Source: Nanohaloarchaea archaeon B1-Br10_U2g1 (GTDB taxonomy: Archaea; Nanohalarchaeota; Nanosalinia; Nanosalinales; Nanosalinaceae). From it: a stretch of 20,167 bases of DNA. The stretch spans positions 1 to 20,167 of the forward strand of contig LKMN01000011.1 in NCBI GenBank assembly GCA_001563875.1, in the 5' to 3' direction. Of this stretch, positions 7,921 to 16,682 are shown piece after piece. The notes under the pieces are model-generated. The model was not told the origin of the DNA and did not search any database. It saw only the letters and a list, made by a program, of their open reading frames with translations. Positions within the stretch are counted from its first letter, which is position 1; each line of letters begins with the position of its first letter. The translations under genes were made by a program, and so were the position numbers.

Positions 7921-7957
7921 CATTTTTTATTTTTATCTACACCCATTGTTTTTTATT
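7921..7957 (+). terminator. T-rich tract: probable pilin terminator followed by TATA box for the 7980 gene
   Basis: TTTTTTATTTTTAT at 7923-7936 follows the stop; TTTTTTATT at 7949-7957 lies 22 bp before the ATG at 7980. Confidence 0.4.
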
Positions 7958-7979
7958 CTAGCAGCTGTAACCTCAACCT

Positions 7980-9377
7980 ATGTCAGACGGTGTTTCTGAA
8001 GAAGTTAGCAAACAAAAGCTAGAAAGAGAGCTTCAGGGAATAGAGGACGCCATAAGAGATCTTGAAGACCGCACAAAGCAGCTCGAAGACAGAGACATGA
8101 TGGCTCAACTAGAGACTATGTCAGTTGAGGAGGAGGTACAGGAGGTTGAAGAACTTCTCAATCATATGGGGCGTGAGGAGCTTGAAAAACGTCTGAACAT
8201 GGTAGAACAGATCAAGCAAGAGTACCAAGAAGGAAAGGTGCACGAGAAACTAGAGTATTTATATCAACAGATTAAAGATTTGAGAGAACAGGATTTTGAT
8301 ACTGCTCCGGACAAGACCTCCCCTAATATTGAAAATAGGCTTGAAGAACTTGAGGACAGAATATCGAATCTCAAGTCTCAACCAAGAAAAGAAATGCCTA
8401 AAAAGTACAAGAAGGCTGTTCGTTCCAACTACAATAAGATTAAAGAGATAGAAAAGAACCTCAAGACAGAAGAAGATGTTGGGAGCGTTGAGAAACGTTT
8501 AGAAGCTATTGAAGATTTAGAGGACAGAATAAGAAATCTAGAAGGTAAGGAAACAGTTGTTGTAGAAGATTCAGGAGAGACGGAAGATATTTCACATATA
8601 GAGTTTGATCTGAAATCTATCAAGTCCAGACTTTCCTCTATTGAGAAAAACGATATTTCGGGCAGGATAGATAGTACAGATCTTAAGGACCTGAGAAGAC
8701 GTATTAAAAAACTTGAAAAAAGTTCAAACAATTCAAAAGAATTTGAAATATTTAAAAACGACATAGAACAGCGCTTACGAGAGATTAAGGATCAAACTAT
8801 ATCTGAAAACGATCTTCATGACGAAATAGATGATTTAGACGAGAGAACAAATCGGAAAATAAGAAAAATAAGTAGTGAGCTTGAAAGAGCAGTTAATAAT
8901 GGAGAGAAACGTATAAAGAGTCTTGAGGAACTTATAGATGAGGACCTGTTAGAGGATTTGTACGCAGCAGAGGAAGATCTATCTGAACGTATAGACACAC
9001 TCATGACTATAATACTAGATAACCAAGATCAGGTTGAAAGAATTGATCAAAAAGTAGACAGGTTAAAGGATGAAAAACCAGATAAGCTGGAGTCAGAAGT
9101 AAGAAAGCTGGAAAAAGAGATATCTGAAATTAAATCTAAGAGCAAGAATACTAATTCTAAGGAAGAAAGAGTGCCAGCGAACGAACTAGAAAAGTTAGAG
9201 GACGAAGTATCTGAACTGAAAAGTAAGCAAAACACCGAACTAGAGGAGAAGATCGATAATCTTGTAGAACATGTTCTATCAAATCAGGAGAAGATACATG
9301 ACTTAAGACAGAAGATAGAAGATGATAGTAGTAGCCAGAAGACTTCAGACACAAAAGACATAACCATAATAAGCTAG
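7980..9377 (+). CDS. Long cytoplasmic coiled-coil protein
   Basis: 465 aa, E/K/D/L/I-rich heptads, recurrent R-h-x-x-h-E motifs, no TM segment or signal peptide. Confidence 0.8.
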   Translation: MSDGVSEEVSKQKLERELQGIEDAIRDLEDRTKQLEDRDMMAQLETMSVEEEVQEVEELLNHMGREELEKRLNMVEQIKQEYQEGKVHEKLEYLYQQIKDLREQDFDTAPDKTSPNIENRLEELEDRISNLKSQPRKEMPKKYKKAVRSNYNKIKEIEKNLKTEEDVGSVEKRLEAIEDLEDRIRNLEGKETVVVEDSGETEDISHIEFDLKSIKSRLSSIEKNDISGRIDSTDLKDLRRRIKKLEKSSNNSKEFEIFKNDIEQRLREIKDQTISENDLHDEIDDLDERTNRKIRKISSELERAVNNGEKRIKSLEELIDEDLLEDLYAAEEDLSERIDTLMTIILDNQDQVERIDQKVDRLKDEKPDKLESEVRKLEKEISEIKSKSKNTNSKEERVPANELEKLEDEVSELKSKQNTELEEKIDNLVEHVLSNQEKIHDLRQKIEDDSSSQKTSDTKDITIIS

Positions 9378-10255
9378 ATTATTAAGATCAGCCAGTTGAA
9401 TCCTCCTCCAAATAGCATCGTTATAAGTAAGGCAACTGGGAATACAGGTACGAACCTTACACCTTCTCTTATCTCAACACTTTCGGCTTCAATATCCTCT
9501 ATCTCTTCCTCTGTTATACCTTTCACGACGCCTCCTTTCTCTTCTTCACGAGCCAAAACCTCTCCTCCTTCCAGCTCTGATACAGGCACTGTTTGTCTCA
9601 TAAGTCCGTCCTCAATATTTTTCAGCAGTCTATAGAGAAAGATGAAAGAGACCAGTATGAAGAAGTATAGAAAGCCATTGAAGCTTCCTGTATAAATACC
9701 TGAAACCGAGATCAACATAGCCCCAAGTATTTCTAGCGATATCCTAAACTCTTGTTCCTTAATATCTCTATAGGTTGTTCTCCAAACCTTTCTATGCTTT
9801 AACGACTTATAGAATGCAAAGCCAAGGGTGTATAGAAAACCGACAATCATTATATTAAGGAAAAGATTTACCGGATAGGCTAAATCCGGGCCTGCAAGAC
9901 CATAAGGCGCCGCAAAACCAAGAACACTCATTGCGAAAGCATCAGCACCTCCCCAAACACCTAGGAAATATAATGCCCAGCCATATATGGAAAAGGCTAT
10001 TCCAATACTTATAGACCATACTAGAGGATCGCCCAGAGCTTGGAACCAAGTCATAGGTGAGTTGAAAAGTACTGTAAAACTGATTAGTGTCTCAAAATCT
10101 ATACCTTGGGTATAAGATGCCGCTAAATGAAGTAATAGACCGCCTAAAACCCCTATAACCGGGAAAATATCCGGAACCTCTGTAGTCTTAAGATCGGATA
10201 TAGCAGCTATGAAAAGTACGGAAAAAGCTAGTGCATAAGACAGAGTCAACAACAT
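9374..10255 (-). CDS. Prepilin (class III signal) peptidase, A24 family (PibD/FlaK/EppA-like)
   Basis: Two catalytic Asp motifs, ISDLKTTEVPD and WGGADA, a C-terminal RFVPVFP, and many TM segments. Confidence 0.92.
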   Translation of the reverse strand: MLLTLSYALAFSVLFIAAISDLKTTEVPDIFPVIGVLGGLLLHLAASYTQGIDFETLISFTVLFNSPMTWFQALGDPLVWSISIGIAFSIYGWALYFLGVWGGADAFAMSVLGFAAPYGLAGPDLAYPVNLFLNIMIVGFLYTLGFAFYKSLKHRKVWRTTYRDIKEQEFRISLEILGAMLISVSGIYTGSFNGFLYFFILVSFIFLYRLLKNIEDGLMRQTVPVSELEGGEVLAREEEKGGVVKGITEEEIEDIEAESVEIREGVRFVPVFPVALLITMLFGGGFNWLILII

Positions 10256-10300
10256 GATAGTCTTTAAAATCGAATGCAGTTATAACTATACTGTTAAATA

Positions 10301-11200
10301 ATGGGAGATGACTGGCAAGACCTTGTTATAGAGACTGGGGTCGACACCCTTCTAGACTACCTAGCGGAGAACGATCAGGCTTCCGCATCAAAGATATCGG
10401 AAGATCTAGGTGTATCAGAGTCAAGAATTAAAGGGTGGTCGAAATCACTCGAATCCAACGGATTTATAGAGAGAACTTATTCTGCTAGAAAAGGTCTTGT
10501 ACTAAGATACACAAGAAATAATAAGCAGGAGATCGATGAAAAGCTGGAAGAGGTTAAGGAAGAAGTAGACAAAGAGGCAAAGAAAGCCCAGAAAGAGATA
10601 AAGTCAAGAGGCTCCAAGATTCAGGAGAAGAAGAAAGAACTTGTAAAGTTAACAGAGAAGATAGAGAAGAATAGAGAGGACGAAGAAGAAATAAAAAACA
10701 GGCTTAAAGAACTTGAGGAGCTGGAAGAAGAAATTGAAGAAAAACTTTCGAAAGAAGAAGAAAGAAGAGAAAAAGTCCATTCTGAAACTGTAGAGTTACT
10801 GTCAAGAATCGATAATACCCTTGAACGCATAGAAGAGGCTGAAGAACAAGCAGAAAGATTTGATTCAAAATCGGAGGAGTTAAGAAAGAAACTAAAGGCA
10901 TTGAAAAAACTTGAAAAACATTCAGATTCTGTAGAAGAGTTAGACAAAGACTTGAAGGATTTAAACGAGACACGAAACGAGGCAGGAACAATATTTGCTT
11001 CTTTCAAGAAAAAAATATCTGACATATTTGGCTCAGATACAGAAAAATACAGCTATATACTTTCAAAGCCTGTAGAAGACGTAAAAGAGCACATCGACGA
11101 AAAAGAAGACCTAGACTACGAGAAGCTACTGAAGGCTGAAGAGAACGGTAAAAACCGTAAGACAGTAAAAAGCTACATAAAGAGAGTTAAAAATGACTGA
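10301..11200 (+). CDS. Winged-HTH plus coiled-coil protein, coupled to the pilus ATPase
   Basis: N-terminal ASKISEDLGVSESRIKGWSKSLESNGFIE (wHTH-like), a long coiled coil, and a C-terminal LLKAEENGKNRKTV motif; 8-nt overlap with the ATPase. Confidence 0.75.
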   Translation: MGDDWQDLVIETGVDTLLDYLAENDQASASKISEDLGVSESRIKGWSKSLESNGFIERTYSARKGLVLRYTRNNKQEIDEKLEEVKEEVDKEAKKAQKEIKSRGSKIQEKKKELVKLTEKIEKNREDEEEIKNRLKELEELEEEIEEKLSKEEERREKVHSETVELLSRIDNTLERIEEAEEQAERFDSKSEELRKKLKALKKLEKHSDSVEELDKDLKDLNETRNEAGTIFASFKKKISDIFGSDTEKYSYILSKPVEDVKEHIDEKEDLDYEKLLKAEENGKNRKTVKSYIKRVKND

Positions 11201-12692
11201 AGAATTAAAGGAAGAATACCAGGTAGAAGCTGATGGAGTACCAGCCAACATTGAGATTGTGGATCTTGAAGACGAATATGTACTAAAATACCGTGTCAGT
11301 AGACCTGAGATACCTACTGCAACAGAAGCGGTTCTCGACGATTTAAAAGAAAAAGTGGTTAAACAAGTTAAACTATCTACAGAGGAATTTGTAGACTCCA
11401 AAGCATTACAAGATGTTAAAGAAAAGTTTACAGATGAGGCTTTAGACCTCCTGGACGAAGAGCTACCGGAAACCAGTGAGGACACCAAGAGAATCTTGAT
11501 AGGAAATCTTATACATGAGATGCTTGGCCTCGGAGACTTAGAGATACTGTTAGACGACGAGAATCTCGAGGAGATGGTAGTTAACGGTAGTGATGACTCG
11601 GCATGGGTGTACCACAAAGAGTACGGCTGGTTAAGAACCAATATTACGTTCCGTGACGAGGACGAAATTTACAACTACTCGTCTGAAATCGGAAGGAGAG
11701 TCGGTAAAAACATTTCATCTCTACAGCCGCTTCTAGACGCACATCTACCCTCCGGAGATAGAACAAACGCTACTTTGTACCCTATCTCTACTCAAGGGAA
11801 CACCATAACAATCAGAAAGTTCGCTAGAGATCCCTGGACAATAACAGATTTCATAGAGAACGGCACCATAGACAAAGAAGTAGCAGCATTTCTCTGGCTA
11901 TGTTTACAGTACGAATTAAACGTAATAGTTTCAGGAGGTACAGGAGCAGGTAAAACATCTCTGCTCAACGTTTTAATGCCGTTCATACCTCCTAATCAAA
12001 GAGTATTATCTATTGAAGATACAAGAGAAGTTTCCTTACCAGAGTTCCTTCACTGGGTTCCCTTGACGACTCGAGAACCTAATCCAGAAGGTAAGGGAGG
12101 GGTATCAATGCTCGACCTACTTGTAAACGCTCTGCGTATGCGTCCCGACCGTATACTTGTAGGAGAAATCAGGAAGAAGAAGCAGGCAGAAGTCCTCTTC
12201 GAAGCTATGCATACAGGACACTCAGTATATTCCACACTTCACGCGGACACTGCCGAACAGACTGTTCGTAGGCTTGTAAATCCGCCAATAGATGTTCCCC
12301 AGACCATGGTTGATGCTGTAGATGTTAACGTGGTAATGTTCAGAGATAGACGTAGAAACTTCCGTAGAGCAATGGAGGTAGCAGAAGTAACTGAAAACAA
12401 TGAGGACGAGCTTAAAGCAAGAGTCCTGTATGAATGGAACTCCCAAAACGATAAGACAGAGAAAAAGAGAGAATCCGAAGCCATCTTCGAGACCTTGAAG
12501 CTTCATACAGGGATGACTAGAGAGGAAATGGATCAAAATATAGAAGATAAGAAAAAGATTTTAGAATGGATGATAGAGAACGAAGTCAGTACTGTAGATG
12601 GAGTGGGGAGTATCGTTGCAGAGTACTACTCAGAGCCAGAGAAGATAGTGAAAATGGCTGAAGAGGAAGAGGATCCCAAAGAACTTTACTGA
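11193..12692 (+). CDS. Type IV pilus assembly ATPase (TadA/CpaF/archaeal PilB family)
   Basis: SGGTGAGKT (Walker A), SIEDTRE (Asp box), LRMRPDRILVGEIR (Walker B) and TGH..STLHA (His box). Confidence 0.95.
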   Translation: MTEELKEEYQVEADGVPANIEIVDLEDEYVLKYRVSRPEIPTATEAVLDDLKEKVVKQVKLSTEEFVDSKALQDVKEKFTDEALDLLDEELPETSEDTKRILIGNLIHEMLGLGDLEILLDDENLEEMVVNGSDDSAWVYHKEYGWLRTNITFRDEDEIYNYSSEIGRRVGKNISSLQPLLDAHLPSGDRTNATLYPISTQGNTITIRKFARDPWTITDFIENGTIDKEVAAFLWLCLQYELNVIVSGGTGAGKTSLLNVLMPFIPPNQRVLSIEDTREVSLPEFLHWVPLTTREPNPEGKGGVSMLDLLVNALRMRPDRILVGEIRKKKQAEVLFEAMHTGHSVYSTLHADTAEQTVRRLVNPPIDVPQTMVDAVDVNVVMFRDRRRNFRRAMEVAEVTENNEDELKARVLYEWNSQNDKTEKKRESEAIFETLKLHTGMTREEMDQNIEDKKKILEWMIENEVSTVDGVGSIVAEYYSEPEKIVKMAEEEEDPKELY

Positions 12693-13009
12693 TCTTCTCT
12701 CATCCACTTAGGAGGTATACATATAGCCGTCTCATAGTTCTGCCATAGAGCTCCGAACAGGAACAGTGCCATATACGCAACAAGCAAGTCCTGTAAGAGG
12801 TTGTAGTTAAAGAGCGCGGAGCCAGTAAGAACCTCAACTATTCTGGATACCGCTAGTAGGAATACCGTACCTAAAGAGAAAGCTATAAAGTAAAATGTCG
12901 GTATGAATGCGCTTTCTTTACAGCCTTTTATTATCCAGTAGAAAACTATCAATGAGACTGCCGACAAGAACATGCCAACGGCGGGTAAGAAAAGTTGGAA
13001 AAACTCCAT
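12686..13009 (-). CDS. Small 3-TM membrane protein (107 aa)
   Basis: Three hydrophobic helices. The ATG at 13009 is preferred over 13018 because a minus-strand TTTTTTATA lies at 13040-13032, 22 bp upstream. Confidence 0.7.
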   Translation of the reverse strand: MEFFQLFLPAVGMFLSAVSLIVFYWIIKGCKESAFIPTFYFIAFSLGTVFLLAVSRIVEVLTGSALFNYNLLQDLLVAYMALFLFGALWQNYETAICIPPKWMREDQ

Positions 13010-13086
13010 ATATATCAAATTATTACACTTGTATAAAAAATGGACGTTCTTCCTTTTTATTCAACCGAATTGAACTCTATACCGTA
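13010..13086. promoter_or_regulatory. Back-to-back divergent promoters
   Basis: Minus-strand TATA at 13040-13032 for the 13009 ATG; plus-strand TTTTTATT at 13054-13061 for the 13087 ATG. Confidence 0.55.
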
Positions 13087-13941
13087 ATGGATATCGAGGT
13101 CTCGGAGAAGTATATACGGTACTTCTTACCTTTAACCGGCAAGTTTAGAAAGCTAGCTCCCAACATAAACAGAGACCTTACTAGAGCAAGGATGAGCGTG
13201 GATCCCAACGTATTTATCGCCTCATCAATGGTAAGAGGACTTCAGCTCGGAGTTTTGATAGGGTCTGCTTTGATTCTAGCTGGCCTTATAACAGACACAA
13301 GGATTCTAATAAGCTCAGGACTGGCAGGTATACCTTTAATGGCTCTTATAGGCTTCTTCACATTCGTAAATATCCCCAAGGTAAAAACCAAGAGAATATC
13401 CAGAAATCTGGACAAGGACTTACCATACGCACTGAGACATATGCTTATTGAGGTACGTTCAGGGATCTCCCTATACGAATCAATGGTGTCGGTAAGTAGC
13501 GGTTATGGCGAAGCATCAAAAGAGTTCAACAGAATAGTAAAAGATATTAACGGAGGTAAACCTCAGATAGAGGCATTAGAAGACTCTATTGTGCGAAATC
13601 CTAGTAAGCAGTACCGGAGAGCGATGTGGCAGATGATAAATGCTTTAAAGTCAGGTACAGATGTCTCAAACACATTGGAAACTCTTGTAGAGTCCATGGT
13701 TAAACAGCAGAAGCTAGATGTCGAAAGATATGGAAACGAACTTAACCCCTACATTCTAGTCTATCTGATGATAGCCGTTATAATGCCGAGCTTGGGAGTA
13801 ACCTTCTTGATAGTACTATCCACGTTTACAGGTGTAGGACTAGACGAGATTATGTTCTACCAGATACTAGGAGGACTGGTACTGTTTCAGATATTCTTCC
13901 TAAACTTTGTCAAGTCAAAAAGACCAGAGGTGAAGACATGA
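13087..13941 (+). CDS. Type IV pilus platform membrane protein (TadC/T2SSF family)
   Basis: DLPYALRHMLIEVRSGISL, YGEASKEF, ALKSGTDV and C-terminal TMs. Start revised to ATG 13087 (MDIEV) from the TATA spacing and to avoid overlap with the antisense gene. Confidence 0.9.
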   Translation: MDIEVSEKYIRYFLPLTGKFRKLAPNINRDLTRARMSVDPNVFIASSMVRGLQLGVLIGSALILAGLITDTRILISSGLAGIPLMALIGFFTFVNIPKVKTKRISRNLDKDLPYALRHMLIEVRSGISLYESMVSVSSGYGEASKEFNRIVKDINGGKPQIEALEDSIVRNPSKQYRRAMWQMINALKSGTDVSNTLETLVESMVKQQKLDVERYGNELNPYILVYLMIAVIMPSLGVTFLIVLSTFTGVGLDEIMFYQILGGLVLFQIFFLNFVKSKRPEVKT

Positions 13942-14933
13942 GAACGCCGCAAGAAACCATAAAAGTATTTTACGAAAAACTGCCTAAGCGCTACAGAGAT
14001 ACTATAGAGTTAGAGGCTAAATATGCAGATATAGGTGATATAGAAAGAGTCACCATCACCATAATGGTTGCAACTGCCGTGGCAGTTACCTTGGTTCCTT
14101 TGGTTCTGCCTTACAGCCAAATAGTTAACTTAACGATTTTTATTACACTTGTTATCGCTGCACCGCCTCTACTACCCTACCTAATGGTTTCGATAGCTGC
14201 CGAAAAACGTAAGAACGAAATGGAAAAGGTCTTACCCGATGCTTTACTGCTGATAAGCGCAAATCTAAAGTCAGGACTAAGTATAGAGAAAGCATTTCTT
14301 TTAAGCGCTCGAGACGAGTTCGGCCCGTTGGCTGAAGAGCTAAGAGCGACCGCGATGGAGATGTTCGGAGGCAAACCCGTCGAAGAAGCTTTAACAGATA
14401 TGGAATCACGTATTAAATCCGAGCTTTTCCAAGAGACATTGAAACTGTTAGTAGATGGTCTGAAATCTGGGGGCAACACAGCCAAACTTTTAGATTCAAG
14501 TGCTGAAGATATCAGAAATTCACTGGAGCTTTCTGAGGAGATAAACGCAAATATTAGGATGTATGTGATGTTCATACTGATGGCTGCTGTCGTAGGCGCC
14601 CCCCTACTGTTTTCTATAAGCGTTTACATGGCCGAGTCTACCACCGAAATGTGGGAAGGTGTTGATGTTGATGAGCTTGAACAGGCCGATACAGGCGCCG
14701 GAGGGATGGAGATGTCCTTCCAGGAGCCTGATATTGATACTGCTTTCTTTAACGAGTTCTCAATAATGGCTATAATAACAATCAACTTCTTTGCAGCACT
14801 TATAATATCCGAGATAAAGAACGCCAACATAAAAGAAGGCGCCAAGTATATTCCTCCGTTGATCATAGCATCCTTAACACTGTTTTTCATTATGAGAAGC
14901 GTGATAGCCAGTCTGGTAGGAGGTTTTGTATGA
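13938..14933 (+). CDS. Second type IV pilus platform membrane protein (TadB/TadC/T2SSF family)
   Basis: LPDALLLISANLKSGLSIEKA, FGPLAEEL and SGGN; ATGA overlap with the previous gene, with a GAGGTGA SD. Confidence 0.92.
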   Translation: MRTPQETIKVFYEKLPKRYRDTIELEAKYADIGDIERVTITIMVATAVAVTLVPLVLPYSQIVNLTIFITLVIAAPPLLPYLMVSIAAEKRKNEMEKVLPDALLLISANLKSGLSIEKAFLLSARDEFGPLAEELRATAMEMFGGKPVEEALTDMESRIKSELFQETLKLLVDGLKSGGNTAKLLDSSAEDIRNSLELSEEINANIRMYVMFILMAAVVGAPLLFSISVYMAESTTEMWEGVDVDELEQADTGAGGMEMSFQEPDIDTAFFNEFSIMAIITINFFAALIISEIKNANIKEGAKYIPPLIIASLTLFFIMRSVIASLVGGFV

Positions 14934-14990
14934 AAACCTTTTATTAGGGTTTAAACAATTAGTTTACAGCACACAGGTGCAAAATACAAT

Positions 14991-15458
14991 ATGAAGTTGT
15001 TTAAAGGTTCCAGAAAAGGACAGTCAGCAATCGAATATCTGATGACCTACGGATGGATGCTTCTTGTTGTGGCTATTGTCGGAGGAGCAGTAATGATGAC
15101 AGTACAAGACACTCAAGAAGAGTGTGAAGCCACAATGAGCGGACTAGACTCAATGGACAGAGAGTTCGGAGTAGCCGATTTCTCAACCACGAGCGACGGT
15201 CTTAACATCCAGGTAGAAAACAACGCTCAAGAAACAGTTGATAGTATCGATGTCAACGTTTCACTTGGTGAGGAATATGAAGAAGATCTTGATATCGGAT
15301 CACTAGGAATGGGCGATACTGCAGAAGCATCGTTTGATGACTTCTCATTAGATGAAGACTCTTGTGAAACAGTTGATGTCACAATCGACTACGAGAGAGA
15401 CGGACTTGAGTCCGAACTGACTGGAGACATCCAAGATCAGATAGCGCACTCAGGCTAA
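14991..15458 (+). CDS. Type IV pilin (Q+1/E+5 class), candidate major pilin
   Basis: RKG|QSAIEYLMTYGWMLLVVAIVGG, an acidic domain and a Cys pair. It has its own TATA-like tract (14938-14946), an AGGTG SD (14975-14979) and a downstream T-tract. Confidence 0.9.
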   Translation: MKLFKGSRKGQSAIEYLMTYGWMLLVVAIVGGAVMMTVQDTQEECEATMSGLDSMDREFGVADFSTTSDGLNIQVENNAQETVDSIDVNVSLGEEYEEDLDIGSLGMGDTAEASFDDFSLDEDSCETVDVTIDYERDGLESELTGDIQDQIAHSG

Positions 15459-15473
15459 AACCGAGTGACTGAT

Positions 15474-15497
15474 CTTTTAATCCCCTTTTTTCTTTTA
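15474..15497 (+). terminator. Oligo-T terminator after the pilin
   Basis: CTTTTAATCCCCTTTTTTCTTTT between convergent genes. Confidence 0.5.
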
Positions 15498-16682
15498 TTC
15501 TACCAGATCTTCTAAATCCCAGTAATCTACATGGTAATCATCTATCCTAAACCAGCTATATCTATCGGAAACCTCCACTATCTCATTCAGTGATCCATAA
15601 TCTGAACTCTCATTGAAGTATACATAGTCTACAGCTGAGCCCTCTGTTTGAAGTTCGTCAGGTAACTGAGAGACATCAAGGAAAGTGGTAATCCCTGATT
15701 CCTCTTCTGCGCTTATTAACCTGTTTTCCAGCCTATCAAGAACTGTAGGAGCTGTATCTGTTTCCATGTAACAGTTTTCTTGGAACATTTCTGTGAAGAC
15801 TGAGATCCATAACTGTTCTTTATTCAGTAGAAGTTTATCTCCCTCCTCAATGACATTTATTTCCACGCCGTAGATATAGTTGTCATTGTAGCTGTCAGGC
15901 TGTTCCGAAATCTGTTCAGAGACTATAGCCTCATAGTCTTCAACCTCAGAAGGTTCATAATCGTCAATATCATCTGTTACAAATACCTTGTTTTCCTGTT
16001 CTTCATCTATTTGTTTAGCTGCTTCTCCTTTCGCACTGTTCTGAGACCGCTGTTGTCCTTCACTGATTTTTTCAGCCGGACTTTCTAATCTGCACTCCTC
16101 GTACTGGCTTACATACCTTCCCTCAGATCTTAAAGTGATCAGCGGATCTTCCACATCTTCTAAACTTGTTGAAGACTGTTTGGACTCTGTTCTGTTGAAC
16201 GATGCTAAAGTAACAGGATCTTCAAGCACTGTGAAAACGGTGAATGAGCTCTCAAGATCTAAACCGTTTTCCTCAAAATCATAATCCTCAAGAGTTATAC
16301 CTAGCTCATACCCTGAACCAGAAGCAATCTCTGAGACCCTGTTGTTCCAATCGTTTATAGACGCGTTCTCAGTACCATCCAAGGGTTCGCCGTCCATAGT
16401 ACCGTTTACTAGTGCTTCCGACATGTTTTGTTCTGCTTGCTGTAAAGGTTCTCCCTCCGTAACTACATAGTTAGTGTTAGCAGTGAAAGCTCTTCTTGTA
16501 GCCATTTCAAGAGTTCTATCAGCGTCTGATAGAGCGCTGTCGAGGAAGAATGCTGCTTCTCCTATCCTTTCTCCTTCTGCAGAGTTAGTTTCATGAGGAC
16601 CAGAAACTTGCAAGGCAGCTATCATCATTATAAGGCCGGCAGCCATAACCGCAAAAGAAGTGTATGCGAATCCTTTATTCAC
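15495..16682 (-). CDS. Large pilin-like protein with class III-like signal peptide (395 aa)
   Basis: GTG start, NKG|FAYTSFAVMAAGLIMMIAAL, highly acidic ectodomain; last gene of the minor-pilin operon. Confidence 0.75.
   Translation of the reverse strand: MNKGFAYTSFAVMAAGLIMMIAALQVSGPHETNSAEGERIGEAAFFLDSALSDADRTLEMATRRAFTANTNYVVTEGEPLQQAEQNMSEALVNGTMDGEPLDGTENASINDWNNRVSEIASGSGYELGITLEDYDFEENGLDLESSFTVFTVLEDPVTLASFNRTESKQSSTSLEDVEDPLITLRSEGRYVSQYEECRLESPAEKISEGQQRSQNSAKGEAAKQIDEEQENKVFVTDDIDDYEPSEVEDYEAIVSEQISEQPDSYNDNYIYGVEINVIEEGDKLLLNKEQLWISVFTEMFQENCYMETDTAPTVLDRLENRLISAEEESGITTFLDVSQLPDELQTEGSAVDYVYFNESSDYGSLNEIVEVSDRYSWFRIDDYHVDYWDLEDLVE

Noticed and set aside
7813-8022. 69-aa plus-strand ORF bridging the pilin and the coiled-coil gene
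   Set aside because: It overlaps both genes out of frame and runs through the T-rich terminator/promoter tract.
12907-13086. 60-aa N-terminal extension of the first TadC-like ORF
   Set aside because: It overlaps the antisense membrane gene and the divergent promoters and has atypical composition; ATG 13087 fits the TATA spacing.
731-14890. Many antisense ORFs (e.g. 731-1000, 2903-3235, 5589-5933, 8429-8764, 10621-11025, 11126-11641, 14177-14575)
   Set aside because: They are Ser/Phe/Leu-rich mirror frames of Glu/Lys-rich genes, lie within or across well-supported CDSs and show no motifs.
7362-14933. Archaellum (flagellar) operon
   Set aside because: No ArlH (KaiC-like) ATPase or ArlF/G recognised. 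Two separate TadC-like genes and Q+1/E+5 pilins indicate a pilus.
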